Source: Lytechinus pictus (taxonomy: Eukaryota). From it: 64,000 nt of DNA. Below the pieces are notes generated by a model. It worked only from the letters and a program-made list of their open reading frames with translations, did no database searches and was not told the origin of the DNA. The translations under genes and the position numbers were made by a program. This document shows positions 1 to 13,190 of the stretch, piece after piece (the first letter of the stretch is position 1; every line of letters begins with the position of its first letter). The stretch spans positions 30,134,001 to 30,198,000 of the forward strand of contig NC_087245.1 of NCBI RefSeq assembly GCF_037042905.1. Reading direction: 5' to 3'.

Positions 1-164
1 AACTACCAAATATATATCTGTATGTGTTGGATTAACACCAAAGCAAAATGACCCGGTGTGACCATCTAGTTACATAAACACCGCAGATTTTGCTTTTTAG
101 GGCTACAATAAAAATAATGTACAGCAGATGCGGTAACCGTACAAAACCGAAGAAAGATCATTAC

Positions 165-479
165 CATCATCGCACCGGATCCGTACTTGCATCTTATATA
201 AATCACGGTGATCTCTTACGTTCTTAAACGAAAAATCTGATTTGTCCATGTACATACTGGTCGCTTCAAAGTCACTTTTATAGAAGTTGACAAAGGATGT
301 ATCCTTTGAGGTCCCTTCAAAGAACACTATGTCTCTGATTTGACGGTCTATAAAGACATCGACGCCACAAGATGGAGTTCCATGAATGCGCCAAACCTGC
401 CAACGGAAATGCGGCGTAGGCCTGTATTCCATCTGCCAGTCCTCTCCTTCAGATAGGTAGACATGTGTCAAGTATGTTT
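165..479 (-). CDS. Internal coding exon, divergent CUB-like domain of a CUB/EGF-repeat extracellular protein
   Basis: On the minus strand, acceptor tttcatttcag|AA ACA TAC and donor GAT GAT G|gtaatg. 315 bp, phase 1-1, stop-free. Peptide TYLTHVYLSEGEDW...VWRIHGTPSCGVDVF...SMYMD...MQVRIRCDD resembles the 34131-34502 exon. Confidence 0.75.
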
Positions 480-1201
480 CTGAAATGAAAAGCAAGAATC
501 CACCTCCTTGTCCTGGCAGTTAGACACAATTACACATGAAGTACAAGCTGTATAATATTCCACAAATATGAAGTTGGTCCCTTCTTTGGGGTCCGAAAGT
601 GTTTCAGTCACCCGGAAAAGTTTGACTTTATATCGCGCTGGAATTCCTAGTTGCTTACGGTAGATATGCAAATGATTTTGCAATCAGGGTTCCCCAGCTG
701 TCTCATTGTCATTTATACAATAAGAATTATGTTTTTTTTATAGATCTTTTTATTATTCTCTTTTAATTTTATGTTTCCGACAAATGAAATGTTATTTTTT
801 TTATGTCTCCGCCCATCGCAGGTGGTTGTGAGAGGCTTTATGTATTCTGATCGTTGATCTGTCCATCTCGATCTCTTTCTCGCAATTAGAGTAGTGTACA
901 GATGGGGGGGGGGGGGGCTTGGGGTGCTTCTCCCCCCCCCCATATAAATCATGACCAAGAAAAAAAGAGAAGAGAGAAATACAGTATTATTTTCTGAAGA
1001 TTATGTCAAAATCTTATAAATTTTGCCCGATAGGCCATATCTCGCTCCCTCAAAATGTTTGGCTCATTATGCTACTGTGCGGTTAATATAAAGAAAAGAA
1101 CTGACCGCACAAAAACGTTGTTAGCACTAACAGAGGGCCTGTTACAACCGGTAGTGTAGCAGCGATGCCTAATGTTGGAACAATTCATTACTTACACATT
1201 G

Positions 1202-4200
1202 TAGTCAGGTAGATATGATCAAAATTGTTGCATGATCGTCAAGTTGGGTATGAATGCGATTTTTTTTTTGCACCCTTGGGCATTTTTGTTTTATTGACGT
1301 CATAGGCCACGCCCACATTTTCACATACCTCTTAAATAGGAATTTCATATTTTAACGAATAAGCATGTCATGTTTGGTATAAAATTAAAGCTGATAAAAT
1401 CAAATGTAAATGTATGGATCACTAGACATTTTAATCACGCATAGGTCAGTTAAAGGCCATTTTAGGTCATAACATGTCAAATTTCCTTGCAAATGCAAAT
1501 AATTGGAACAAGTTGGATATTATGTGAATTTATTGGCAAAGGTTTAACTGAGGGTGTGCATATTCAAAATCCGACCGGTACTACTTTGGCACCTTGAGGA
1601 ATTTTATTTTTGTGACGTCATAAACTACACCAACTTTCTTACATTCCCCTTAAACTTTTAGTAGAAAATCATGTTTGATATCTAATTCAATCTAATTTAA
1701 ATTAAAATCCACTTATAAAAATCACTAGGCATTTACAACTTTTACAGGGCATGGGACACAAATGTAATTAATGCAACATGTAATGTGGAATATCTCATGT
1801 ATGGTTGAGGGTGTGTATAACATGGATGTGACGGGTTCTAACCTCCTCATCCTTTGGCAATTTCTATTTTCTGACGTCCCGAATCACGCCCACCTTTCAC
1901 ATAGACCTATAAGTGATTATGACAGAATGTGACACTCTATAGAATAAACTTGGTGTTTGGTAACTAATTTAAGCTTGTGGCAAGTAAAATACTTATATAA
2001 AAGTTACAAGAGATGAAATACATGTACATGACAAGATCACTTTAAGTACAGTTATGTTAATGGTAGGTCAAATGATGTTAGGCAATGTAACAAGACTTTA
2101 ATCAAAACATGCAAAATAAGCTTGGTATCATATCACCTATTTTCCTACATGAAATAAAACTGCACAGTGGTTTTGTTTTAGTTTTCTGTAAAAACGAATG
2201 AAACTATAATCAAGGACAGAATCATACACGGTAAATACACAATTTCCGGTTGAAAATCAATCATGTTGGAGCCACCTAAGAAAATGAGTTCTACAACACA
2301 AATTCACATTTTTAGACAAGTATCCAATCAGTCTTCCAGGCTGATTTCCCCCTCTTTAGTCTCAACAGCATGTTCAGGTTTCCTTGTATTTAGAATGACA
2401 CAGTGTTATTTACATATGATACACGATAAGTGACAAATGCTTACCCTAAAGCATGGTGGCCCCGATTCAAATCTACATGGAACAAGTTCTGATATTTCCT
2501 TGGGAGTAACTAATGTGACAAAGGAGGGCCCTCCCAACTTATACTTCCCATCCATACATGGGAGATAAGTTGCAAGGGAGTCATTCTGTTCAGTTGCTCT
2601 CCAGATAAGGCTCCTGAGGAAGAGCACCTTTGATAATCATGTTTTTTGTTGTCTTGTCAGTTGGGGGTAAGCTCATAATCTTTGAAACATCTGTCTTCTT
2701 GCTAAATCATGTGAAGTAGTGCTAAGTAATTTTAAAGAGACTGTTACATTCTTATATTAGTTAAGAAAGATGGAAAATATAAATATTACATCTTTAATTG
2801 ATCCAGTCTACTTCTTCTGCACCGTACTCTATAGATTAAGATCTTATTCGAGCAGCAAGTTTAGAGTGGAAAACTTTCCCTCGCCAAATTGACACAACAT
2901 GGTATCACAAACTGGGAAATATCTGTGCAAAGCTAGCATTTTTCTCCAAACTTCAATGCCATACTTTTAATGTCATTTGCTTTTCCATCAGTATGGAAAA
3001 AAGGTAAACCCAATATGAGAACACGGGTAGAACAGAAATATCAGTGTCGTCAGGGGAAAAGATTATATAGGTTTCTATTGCCATTACATCTTCAGAAGAC
3101 AGCTGATAGTACACATGGAACGTGACATTGGGCCTACCCGTACTTGTTCATGACACAGTGGTTGTTCTCAAGGATTTAAAAGAACTTCCTAGTCGATACA
3201 AATCAGCGTCAGTCTGTTCTTTAACTCTTCAGGATTAATGCAGTTCCTCGTCGGCCATCGAATCATATATTTAATAGTCAATACTGCAAGTGTGAATCGA
3301 AGTAACACAGGGGGGGGGGGGCCTTCGTCAGATTCTTCATCTGAACTTCCTCAGCATAACTTTCAGCCCAAAATAGACCTACACAAAATAATGCCCAACT
3401 TGTCTGTATTCCACACATGATACATTCCACATTGTATGTTGCATTACTTACATTTGTGACCCATTTTTACCTTATATGACCTTTAATAGACCTGGGGTCC
3501 GTTGCAGAAGTCCCAAATGCGCGCTGTTGATTGGTTGAAAATCAAGTTGTGCATGATGTTTAGAGTTGCAATCGATTGCAACTCTTTCTGCAACGGACCC
3601 CTGGACACGTTTTAAACGCATAGCGATTCCTATTACGTGGATTTTATTTTGCATTTTTCAAACGTGATTTCAAAGATGTATATTCTGCTATTAATAGAAA
3701 AGACATGTTTAAGAGGAATGTTATTGAAAGTTGGTGTGGTTTAGGACGTCAGAAAAATAAAATTCTTCAAGATGCCAAGGTAACATTCATCGGATTCTGA
3801 ATATGCACACTCTCAAACTTAACCTTTGCGAAAAAAATGCATATAATACCTAACTTGTTTGTATTTAAAGCATGGTATGTTCCGCATTATATGTCTTACT
3901 TACAATCTAAGGCAACTTGACCTTTTATGACCTTAAATGACCCTTAACTGACCTATGCGTGATTTAAATGCCCAGTAATCCGTAAATTTGCATTAGCTTT
4001 AATTTGATACCAAACATGACATGTTAATTCCGTAAAATATGAAAATCATACTATTTAAGACGTTTGTAAAAAAAAGAGGGCGTGGCCTATGATGTCAATA
4101 AAAAAGATGCCCAAGGGTGCCCAGGTGACAACTGTAGGATTCTTGGAGTAGACACCGTACACTACAACTTCTAGCAAAAAAATGCAGTCATACCCAACTT

Positions 4201-4229
4201 GTCGGTTATGTTGGGGTTCTACTTGACTA
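1202..4229 (-). mobile_element. Internally deleted Academ (AcademX-like) DNA transposon
   Basis: Termini TAGTCAGGTAGA...TCTACTTGACTA (TAG..CTA). Long imperfect inverted arms (~1240-1620 vs ~3720-4200). Internal decayed XPG-like and Cys-rich coding remnants. Confidence 0.7.
2400..3300 (-). pseudogene. Decayed XPG/FEN1-like nuclease plus Cys-rich C-terminus of an Academ-type transposase
   Basis: Minus-strand frameshifted fragments PDDTDISVL (~3040), LALHRYFPVCDTMLCQFGEGKFSTLNLL (~2870-2940, H3TH-like GCDT..GKGK), KIMSLPPT (~2670) and LIWRA...PKEISELVPC...PC...C..SC..CK (2406-2627). Confidence 0.65.
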
Positions 4230-4499
4230 TGTTTTGACCTTACAATCCGAAAGCGTTCTGTTAGACTAACATTTTTGTGCGGCCGGTACTGGTTGACGGA
4301 TCAACTTGGTCCAAGTATGCATGTAGGAGTGACAGCGGTCAAAGGTCAAATTAGTCATTGCAAACCCTAAAGTATCTTATTCTCGTGAAAATTCATACGA
4401 AACGTCTGAGTGTTGAAATCTAAACTTGGCTAAGGGATCAGCACGGCCGTGAGACGGCAAAACATGTATGTCGAATTTTTGTGGAGATTGATCTTTTTG

Positions 4500-4989
4500 T
4501 CGAATTTGGCATTGTACGATTAAAATCTAACTACCAATGAAGTTTTGAAACCCAAACGACCCCCTTCACTGAAATATGGCAACCCCTCTGTAGAATGTTC
4601 CAGTTTTGCCGGGAAAACAACGTACGCGGCGATACGCGCGCTCCTCAACATATCGGCGCACATGGTGCTGCAGGTGGCGGTACGCAGTTTTCCCAGCTCA
4701 GCATGCACCCAAGTTGTTGACACAAAAAGAGTGTAACCTTTGGGCTTGCAATGCAGCTGCATGTAGTTTGCATTCTCGCGTTTACTGACAGCACCACGAG
4801 CACTTCTGCGCAAAAAGATTTCTGCGAGCTTTACAAAAATGGATAGTGCTCACTCAAGTGTATTATTCTGTCAAAACTTTTACTTTCATTGGAAAGATAA
4901 GACCCAAACCCAAAATTGTATGTGAAAAAGTTACTCACATGCTGTATATTTTTTAGTTCCCAAAAGTGTAATTTTTTTTATACGCACTG
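4500..4989. mobile_element. Partial Tc1/mariner-type non-autonomous element (one end)
   Basis: Ends in ...TTTTTTTTATACGCACTG followed by TA, the reverse complement of a CAGTG-type TIR. The left end was not found. Confidence 0.45.
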
Positions 4990-5019
4990 TATAACAAATT
5001 GCTGCTGTATCGAAGCCTG

Positions 5020-6680
5020 TCCCACTTCAGGGGACTGTAGATGTTACCCCACTTTTTTTACGATTTTTGCCAATTTATTGGAAAACTCGCCATTTTGGAG
5101 CCCCCATTGAGGCAAAAAACGTGTTTCTGGTATATAGTAGAACCACTTCTTTATATGCTGCTGTTAGAGGAAAGCCTATTCTTTCCTCTCCAAGTAGTTT
5201 CAAGGCGGTAATATTGGCAGAACTATATATCAGATTCGCCTTTTTGCCTCAATGGGGGCTCCAAAATGGTGAATTTTCCAATAAATAAGCACTAATGAAA
5301 AAGGGGGTGATTTCAAAAGCCCTCTGATGGGGATAGGCTTTTATTTGCGAGCATGTCTTTATATGTAGCTGTTAAAGCAAAGCTTATTCCTTTTCTCTCC
5401 AAGTGTTTTCAAGGGTAAAAAACGGCAGAAACATAATCAGAAATTACTTTCTGCCTCAATGGGGGCTCAAAAGAGGTGATTTTTTTTTTCAATAAATAGG
5501 CAATAATGCAAAAGGGATGGGTGATTTCGACAGCCTCCTGGAGGGGAAGGGCTTTTATTTGCCTGCACTTCTTTATATGTGGCTGATAAAGCAAAACCTA
5601 TTATTTCCTCCCTAAGTGGTTTCAAGGCATTAAAAGTGGCAGAACTATATATCTGAAACGCCTTTTTGCCTCAATGAGAGCTCCAAAATGTTGAATTTCA
5701 AGGGGGGGGGGGGGGTAGATTTGACGGTCCCGTGAAGGAAGTAGCCTTTTATTCGCCTGCACTTCTTTATATGTGGCTGATAAAGCAAAACCTATTCTTT
5801 CCTCCCTAAGTGGTTTCAAGGCAGTAAAAGTGGCAGAACTATATATCTGAAACGCCTTTTTGCCTAAATGGGGGCTTCAAAATGGTGAATTTTTTAATAA
5901 ACATGCTATAATGCAAAAGGGATTGGGTGATTTCAACAGCTTCTCGGAGGGTGTAGGCTTTTCTTTGCCAGCACTTGTTTATATGTAGCTGATAGAGCAA
6001 AGCCTACTCTTTCCTCTCCAAGTCATTGCAAGAAAATAAAATTGGCTGTATGATATAGAAACGCCGTTATGCATCAATGGGTGATCCAAAATTGTGAAAT
6101 TTTCAATAAATAGGCAATATACATGGTATAGAGGAAGGTGTGACTTAGGTAGCCCCTGTGAGGGCGAGGGTTCGATGTGCTAGCGCTTATTTATGTAGCT
6201 GGTAGAACGAACTCTACTCTCTCAAAGCAATTAAATACTATAAAGCACAAACGCTTTTTGCCTCAATGATCGGTCCAAAATGGTGAATTTCCAAATAAAT
6301 TGGCAATAAGCAAAAGGGGGAGGGGTGAATTCCCCAGCACCCCCTCCCCCCCCCCCCCCGAGAGGGGTTGACTTCGATATACCTGCCACTTCTTTTGATG
6401 TAGCTGGTAGAACAACGCTTATTTTTTTTCTCTCCAAGTGGTTTCAAAGTAATTAAAGTGGCTGTACTGTTTAGCAGAAATGCCTTTTGCCTCAATGGGT
6501 GCTTCAAAAAATGGTGATTTTCAAATAAATAGGCAATATACAACAAAATGATATAGCCAAGTTGGGGGGGGGGGGGAGGCCCGACACCCCCACCACAGGA
6601 AAGTGCTAGGCCTTAATGTGCCAACATTTTGTTTTATGTGGCTGATAGAGAAAAACCTACTCTTAACTATCCAAGTGATT
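5020..6680 (+). repeat. Degenerate tandem array, ~180-190-bp unit
   Basis: Recurrent TTTTGCCTCAATGGGGGCTCCAAAATGGTGAATTT and CTTTATATGTAGCTGATAAAGCAAA motifs. The first ~130 bp are in the opposite orientation. Confidence 0.85.
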
Positions 6681-8644
6681 AACGAGCGGAGATAATTGTA
6701 TTTAATTTTTAACTATACATTATACATATGATACATGTTATACGTATTAGTCTATAGAAAACATACAAAAAGCGACATTTCTGAAATTGAAGTATTCAAG
6801 TTTGATACCTTATAAATTTGCTAAGAAGAATGATACAGAGTTGGAATTTCATCCAAATGATAATAGTCTATCAATAAAGTTTTCTGGAACATTTCAAAGT
6901 AATTGAATCATTTTTCTTAGAATTATGTAAAATCATGAATTTGCAAAATTTGCAATTTTTTGGAAAAAATACAAAAAATGCAGTTTTCTACTTAAAATCT
7001 CAGCCAAATGACCTACTTATCCCCTATAAATGGTGCCAAATTGTAGGAAATTTATTTGTCTTTCATATGACACTAATTTGTGGCAAAGAAATGTTTATGT
7101 CAAAATCTATGAACGAAAATTCAAATGTTCTGAAAATTTGGCGGCCATTTTGAAAAAAGCGCCCTCAGGGGTTAATTTTCAAGACAGCCTGGTTACCTCA
7201 TATATTCATATTCAGCGTAAAAAAATTGGTCTAGAGGCACTATATGAAAATTTCTCCTTTTCCGTGTGGCACCTTGCTCAATTATAACTCGGATTATAAT
7301 GAGAGCGCGAAATCTGTTAATATTATGGCCTGAAAACTAGACATTTATTTTAAAGCATTTTTGTCAGTATGAATAAGATGCACGAGTTAATATATTTTCA
7401 ACAATTAATTTGAACGCATATCGTGAGCCTAAATCTTTGATAAACTGTCATTAAATGGGGATTTAAAGTAGTTTGTTAAAGAATTAATATTGAGATATAC
7501 AATATTTATCAATCAAAATACAGCGCTAGCTGATACGTTTTGACAATTTGCACAGAATATGTCATAATAATGCGTCTTTGTAGACTTTGCCAGAGCAATA
7601 TGCTACTGCATGCAGCAAAGCAGCATATGTTTTATTTATGCAAATTATTTTTAAAAGTGTTGGACATTTGTAAGATGATTTTTTGGAACATAACTATGAT
7701 CTATTTTTCAATTCTTAGTCGGTGTACGGCAGACTGAGCGAAGGTACAAATTGAAATGTATTGCGTCTAAGTTTTAAACTTGACATTACATGTAGACACG
7801 CCGTTTTGCCGTCTCACCAAATTTAATTTTAAAAGTCTATAAGACCAATTTTAAATGTCACCATATCAACGTAGATCTAAGTCCTGTACATAAACTGAAA
7901 TTTGTAAGCTGAAAAACCCATCGCTAACACAGATAAGCCCACGAGAGACAGTGTATTCTTAATTGCGTGGAAAAACGAACCGTCATTTTGCCTGAATCTC
8001 ATATTTAGTTTGGTAATTTTGATATCTTCCAGAGTCAATTGGCACATATTTTTGATTTGCGCACTTATTCGGCCGTTCATTTTATTGCTGTACGGGCTTA
8101 TTTTGAATCCTTACCGTAAATGACATTTATAATTAATTTATGGACAAATGAACTGAACATATTGGTTCATGTTTGCATATTGGAGGGACGATGATCTGAT
8201 TAGTTTTTTGTGTCATGAATTCAAAGGTCAGAGATCATATGCGTTGACATACTATATGTTCTCGTGAAAACTGGATAACCATTTGATATGATTTTTTTTT
8301 GTATATTTGTCTGGCAATGGCAGAGACATAAATTTTGACTACGAGCAGTCAAGAATCTATGAAAAAAGAGTGACCTACATAATGCTCTTCAAAATTATTA
8401 TACAACCCTGCTTAGTCACTTTGAACAAATGTTATAAACAACACTTTTAAATAAATTGAAGATTAAATAGTTAAAAATGAAACATAGTTTTGGAAATTCA
8501 AACGCTTGTTTTCTGTTTAAAAAAAAAACTACTGTAAAGTAATATAGTAAACAGCGTTTTACTGTAGAAAAAAAGATCAAACTGCGTTCTTAATGTCTCA
8601 AGGATGGGATGATTGTTTTATCATCGTAAAAAAGTGGAACTTAC

Positions 8645-8752
8645 CCTCAAAGCAGTTGATTCCTGAGTAACCTGGTGGGCATATGCACATATATCCATGA
8701 GGATCGTTGGAACAAATACTGCCGCTTTGACAGGGATTCGTTTGGCATCTCT
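8645..8752 (-). CDS. Internal coding exon, EGF-like domain
   Basis: Acceptor aacccag|AG AGA TGC and donor TTT GAG G|gtaagt. 108 bp, phase 1-1. Peptide RCQTNPCQSGSICSNDPHGYMCICPPGYSGINCFE has canonical six-Cys EGF spacing. Confidence 0.92.
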
Positions 8753-8829
8753 CTGGGTTATTTGATATATAAAATAAATTTTCTTATTTGATCAAAGGTT
8801 GCTTCACATTCAGGGTATATTATAAAATG

Positions 8830-9140
8830 TGGAAGCGTAGTGGTGTAGCATTTCTGACTCTTGCCTTGTAATCAGAGGGTCGTGTGCTTGAATCCCACCA
8901 TGGCCGAGCGTCCTTTGGCCAGGCGTCAATGCCACTCTCCACCCAGGTGTTAAATGGGTGCCCAGTAGGATGTGGAAGGCTGTATAGTATGCCTATTAAT
9001 TAAGTCCTGGAACTGTTGTTGGAATGCAGCTTAGGGAGTGGAGAAAGTACAAGATTGTGTGCGGGCGTGCCAGAATCAGGTCGTTTAGAAACACAATGTA
9101 ATGAGCGCTATATAAAATGTTTCTATTATTATTATTATCA
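8830..9140 (+). mobile_element. tRNA-derived SINE
   Basis: tRNA-like head with degenerate A box (TAGTGGTGTAGC) and B box (GCTTGAATCCC), central CCACCCAGGTGTTAAATGGGT motif, and 3' GAGCGCTATATAAA followed by a (TAT)n tail. Confidence 0.8.
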
Positions 9141-9870
9141 TCAAAATTGCCTTCTGTGCATCATAAAAGTTTTCAAGCAACCTACACTAAAAAAATAATG
9201 AAATACACATTTACATTTCAAAATTACCATATCCGTCATGCTATGAGACCAAAATCTCATTTCGTTTTTCCCTGTTTTAACCTGAGAATATTTTAATATT
9301 TGCAGTTATTAGGCCTTGCATTCCCAATCGCATTAATGAATTGCGATTGTTTATAAACTGAAAAAAACAAGAGCTACAGATAATTTAATTTTGGTGGTCA
9401 TTAACCAAAACTGAAGGGTCCAATTCTGTCAAAAATGTCCTCACCGAATTCGTTATTTTACGCATCATTGGGACATTACTTGATTAATATTGCTTCTGTC
9501 TGTTAGAATAGTTGCACAAGTGCATCAAACTTAGAATGTTCACTTCGCCCGTTTCAAGTTATTTTTATACAGTTCACGTTCCAATGTTCTCAGATAAATT
9601 TCTGTCCAAACGTGTCCTCTCCGAAAAATAAAGTAAAAATTTACCATGCTGACAGACAACCTAATAAAAGATTCAAGCCATCTAATCCCGAGTACTATTT
9701 CAAACCTGCACATCAAGGCATGGCGTCCATTTTTTTTACATTAATATCAATATATGAAGAGTTTAGTTGCAAAAGGGGTTAGGTCCACTTTGGACCATTT
9801 CGAGAAAAACCTTGTTTTTTATTCTCACTTATTGCAGTATCCTTATGAGAAACTAAATTGTCGGTAACCC

Positions 9871-10320
9871 GACACATGCTCCGGCGACGATTGCACCGGT
9901 GACAAATGCTCCCCAAAATGCGACATTTGCTCCTCGACATTTGCTCCGCCGACATTTGCTCCGCCGACATTTGCTCCGCCGACAGTTGCTCCGCCGACTG
10001 TTGCTCCGCCGACAGTTGCTCTGCCGACAATTTCTCCGCCGACAGTTACTCCACCGACAGTTGCTCCACCAACAATTGCTCCACATTTAGCAACAATTGC
10101 TCCGCCGGCAGTTACTCCACCGACAGTTGCTCCACCAACAATTGCTCCACATTTAGCAACAAATGCTCCGGCGACAAATGCTACCCGAACGACACATGCT
10201 CCGGCGACAATTGCTCCGCCATTATTTGCTCCGCATGTAGGGACAGTTGCTCCGCTGAAATTTGCTCCGCATGTAGGGATAAATGCTCCGCTGATAATAG
10301 CGCCGCCGAAAATGCCATCC
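9871..10320 (+). repeat. 15-bp subterminal minisatellite (TTGCTCCGCCGACAt/g)
   Basis: Directly visible tandem units. They generate the low-complexity ORFs at 9779-10412. Confidence 0.9.
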
Positions 10321-10680
10321 ACCGAAAATTATTGTTTTTTTTTTGTTGTAAAATTAACAATGCTTCTTCTCCAAAGCTGTATGGTCATTATCATTATTCT
10401 ATATATTTTTAACATTCCTAATTGAATTGCTCAGCGGAAAAAAATAGTTTGGCTCAAATTAAATTTCACATCAACGCTTTTATCTCGATTATTTCTCCCT
10501 TTCTTTCCTTGAAAACCACCCAGGGAAAACCACCTTCTCCCCGTCCCTCTCTCCTGTTTTAATTTTTTTTTCTCTCTCTCTGCATTCCTAGTTACTTCTA
10601 TTCCTATTTCTTTTACAACCTCTCCCTTCTTGTCTTATCTCTTTCTTCTCGCTCTAATGCTATTTTGGTCTGTCTTCACT

Positions 10681-11155
10681 AGGTGGTTTCAAACCGCCTC
10701 AATCACAAGAATCCCTGTTAAATTACGAGAACTTTTTTAGGCTGAAAAATACCCATTAATTATTCCTGCATTCACACCGCCCTGAAACATACTCTTCGGG
10801 GTAAGTTCCTGAAGTTACGAGCATGCGCAGTATGGTCTGATAAGCAGGCAAGGCGCGAGATTCAAAATCACTAGCCCAGCAGCCACCCACGGCGCCGTGC
10901 CCAACGACACGCTGGGCTAAAAGTTCGCGTTATTTGCTTTCACATCGCCAAAATACATGCGACCTTGGAAAAATCCCCGCGAAAGTTCTTGTAATTTCGC
11001 CAAGTACTTACTATTTAGCGGGTATTTTCTTTAGGGGAAATTACGCGTAGTTTGCTTTCACATTACCAAAATACCTGGTATTTTCTGATCGGGGTAAATT
11101 TCCCGATCAGAGAATACCTGGAACTGACGAACTTCGAGGCGGTCTGAAACCACCT
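10681..11155. mobile_element. MITE with ~20-bp TIR
   Basis: AGGTGGTTTCAAACCGCCTC ... GAGGCGGTCTGAAACCACCT. No clean TSD. Confidence 0.75.
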
Positions 11156-11312
11156 TCTGTTATTCTTCTAACTTTTTCCTACCCCTCTAATGGAATTGAA
11201 AACTAATGAAGTTTTACAATCGTGTTAGAAAGGTGTTTCCTGTCACTTTCACTCCATTTTCTTTTATTATTTTTTCCCTTCAATTATGTGCAGTGTGAAA
11301 ATAACTCTCCTC

Positions 11313-11620
11313 TTAAAGGACATGTCCACCACAAGAAAAAGTAGATTTGAATAAAAAGAGAAAAATCAAACAAGCGTAACACTGAAAATTTCATCGAAAT
11401 CAGATGCAAACTAAGAAAGGCTTAATTTCACCAAATAGTTATATGCACATCCTGGTCGGTATGCAAATGAAAGAACTGATGACATCACTCACTCACTATT
11501 TCTTTTGTATTTTATTATAAGAAATATAAAATATTCATATTTTCTCCTCATTTTCCTGTGAAAAAAAAGTTTTATTTCTCCCTGAACATGTGGAATTATC
11601 ATTGTTTAACATTTCTTTGA
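11313..11620 (+). mobile_element. Truncated copy of the TTAA-flanked MITE at 15392-15993
   Basis: TTAAAGGACATGTCCACC start and ~300 bp of clear similarity to 15388-15710. Confidence 0.75.
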
Positions 11621-11709
11621 AGAGGTAGTCCTGATAGTCACTTCTTAGTTTTATTCTTATAGATCAACATAAATGTATGATGTCACAATCCTTATTTGAA
11701 TAAGGCAAT

Positions 11710-13190
11710 TGTGAGCGCGAACAATTTGAACATTCTGGGCAATGTTATCATGAAAAGATGTGGATGCAACTGGATAAAAACTATGAATGCAAAGCGCAAG
11801 CAGAAATTGTTAATACACGCTTTGAACTTATCAAAAAGGTACTACTAAGGTTTGCCTGCAGGTTAGCCATAAAGGAGTTACATATTTTAACAATCAAATA
11901 ATGCGGGCGCGAAGCGCGAGCTGAATTTTTTGACATTTCTAAAAAATGGAAATTCTTAGCACTTTTTGTGATTTCAACAGGATAGGCGTATATACAACTA
12001 AACAATTGATACGAGCGCGAAGCGCGAGCGGAAAATTTCGAGATTAAGACCTAAAACGAGATATCTATTCATGTTTTGTAAATTATGTAAAGGATGAGTA
12101 ATTGGGGATCTTCCTAACACTAATAATGCGAGCGCAAAGCGCAAGCAAAATTTTTATTTATATACGTTTTGAACTGATCGAAAAGGTATCTGTTAAGGAC
12201 TGCTTGCAGTTAGCCATGAAGACTCTACATATTTCAGCAATCAAATAATGTGAGCGCGAAGCGCGAGCTGAACATTTTTACCTTTCTACATAAAGAATGA
12301 ATAAAATCAATCAATTTCTTTAATCGTAAACAGGATAGCTATATAACTAAACAATTGATGCGAGCGCGAAGCGCGAGCGACAAAATTCAAAATTTAGTCC
12401 TAAAAACGGGACACTATTCATGTTTTGTAAATCATGAATAGGATGAGTAATAGGGGATCTTCCTATATTAATAATGCAAGAACAGAGCAAGAGCAGAAAA
12501 TTGTTGAGATTGTAATCTGAAACTGGATAATGATTTAAATAGAGAACAAGTTGCGTATCTGATGAAACATGCTCGCATGTGTTTCATATTTAGACCTAGA
12601 AACTAGGCATTCTACATATATATTTTATCATGAAAATCAATAAAAAAAGGGTGTATTTCAAGCAATTTGTAGGAAAATTGTGACGTGGATATGGATGGTA
12701 CTTAAAAAACAGCTAACATTTTTCATTATTATTACTTTATGTTTTGACAAGAGACCGGGACATCATTAGGACAAGTCATCACATGATCTTCCTATTCCTC
12801 TTGCTACGTACGAGATGAAACAAAAGGGACAATCTAATTATAAAATTATTTATCGTATTTATAAAATTATTTATCTTCAAAGCGCCTTGAGCATTTAATC
12901 AAAATGGAAAAGACGCTATATAAATCATATGTATTATTATTATTATTATTAAGTTTATATATGCCTAAGTTGGGCACGAAAATCATGGCCTGAAAACTGG
13001 ACATTTCAAGAACTTTGGTAATTATGAAATTATGAAAACTTTTGATAGACTGTCACGAAATGTGGATTTTAAGAAGTTTGTTGAATAATTAATATTGAGA
13101 CATACATTACTTGCCAATCAAAATGCGAGCGTGCAGCGCTAGCTGATACGTTTTTACAATCAGATCTGCAAAGGGATATTGTGAAAACTC
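11710..13190 (+). repeat. Dispersed degenerate tandem repeat family with GCGAGCGCGAAGCGCGAGC core
   Basis: Core recurs about every 110-120 bp. Related copies at ~7280-7560, 13850-14100, 39910-40150, 59380-59540 and 60340-60560. Confidence 0.8.

Noticed and set aside
468..683. 71-aa ORF as a frameshifted partner of the 103-495 ORF
   Set aside because: A good splice acceptor at 480-482 explains the coding part, so the upstream sequence is intronic.
7877..8080. 67-aa minus-strand ORF as another exon (also 43879-44172)
   Set aside because: No recognisable domain or convincing phase-1 splice pair.
9779..10412. Gly/Ala-rich or Cys/Ser-rich ORFs resembling structural proteins
   Set aside because: By-products of a 15-bp minisatellite in a transposon arm, open in several frames.
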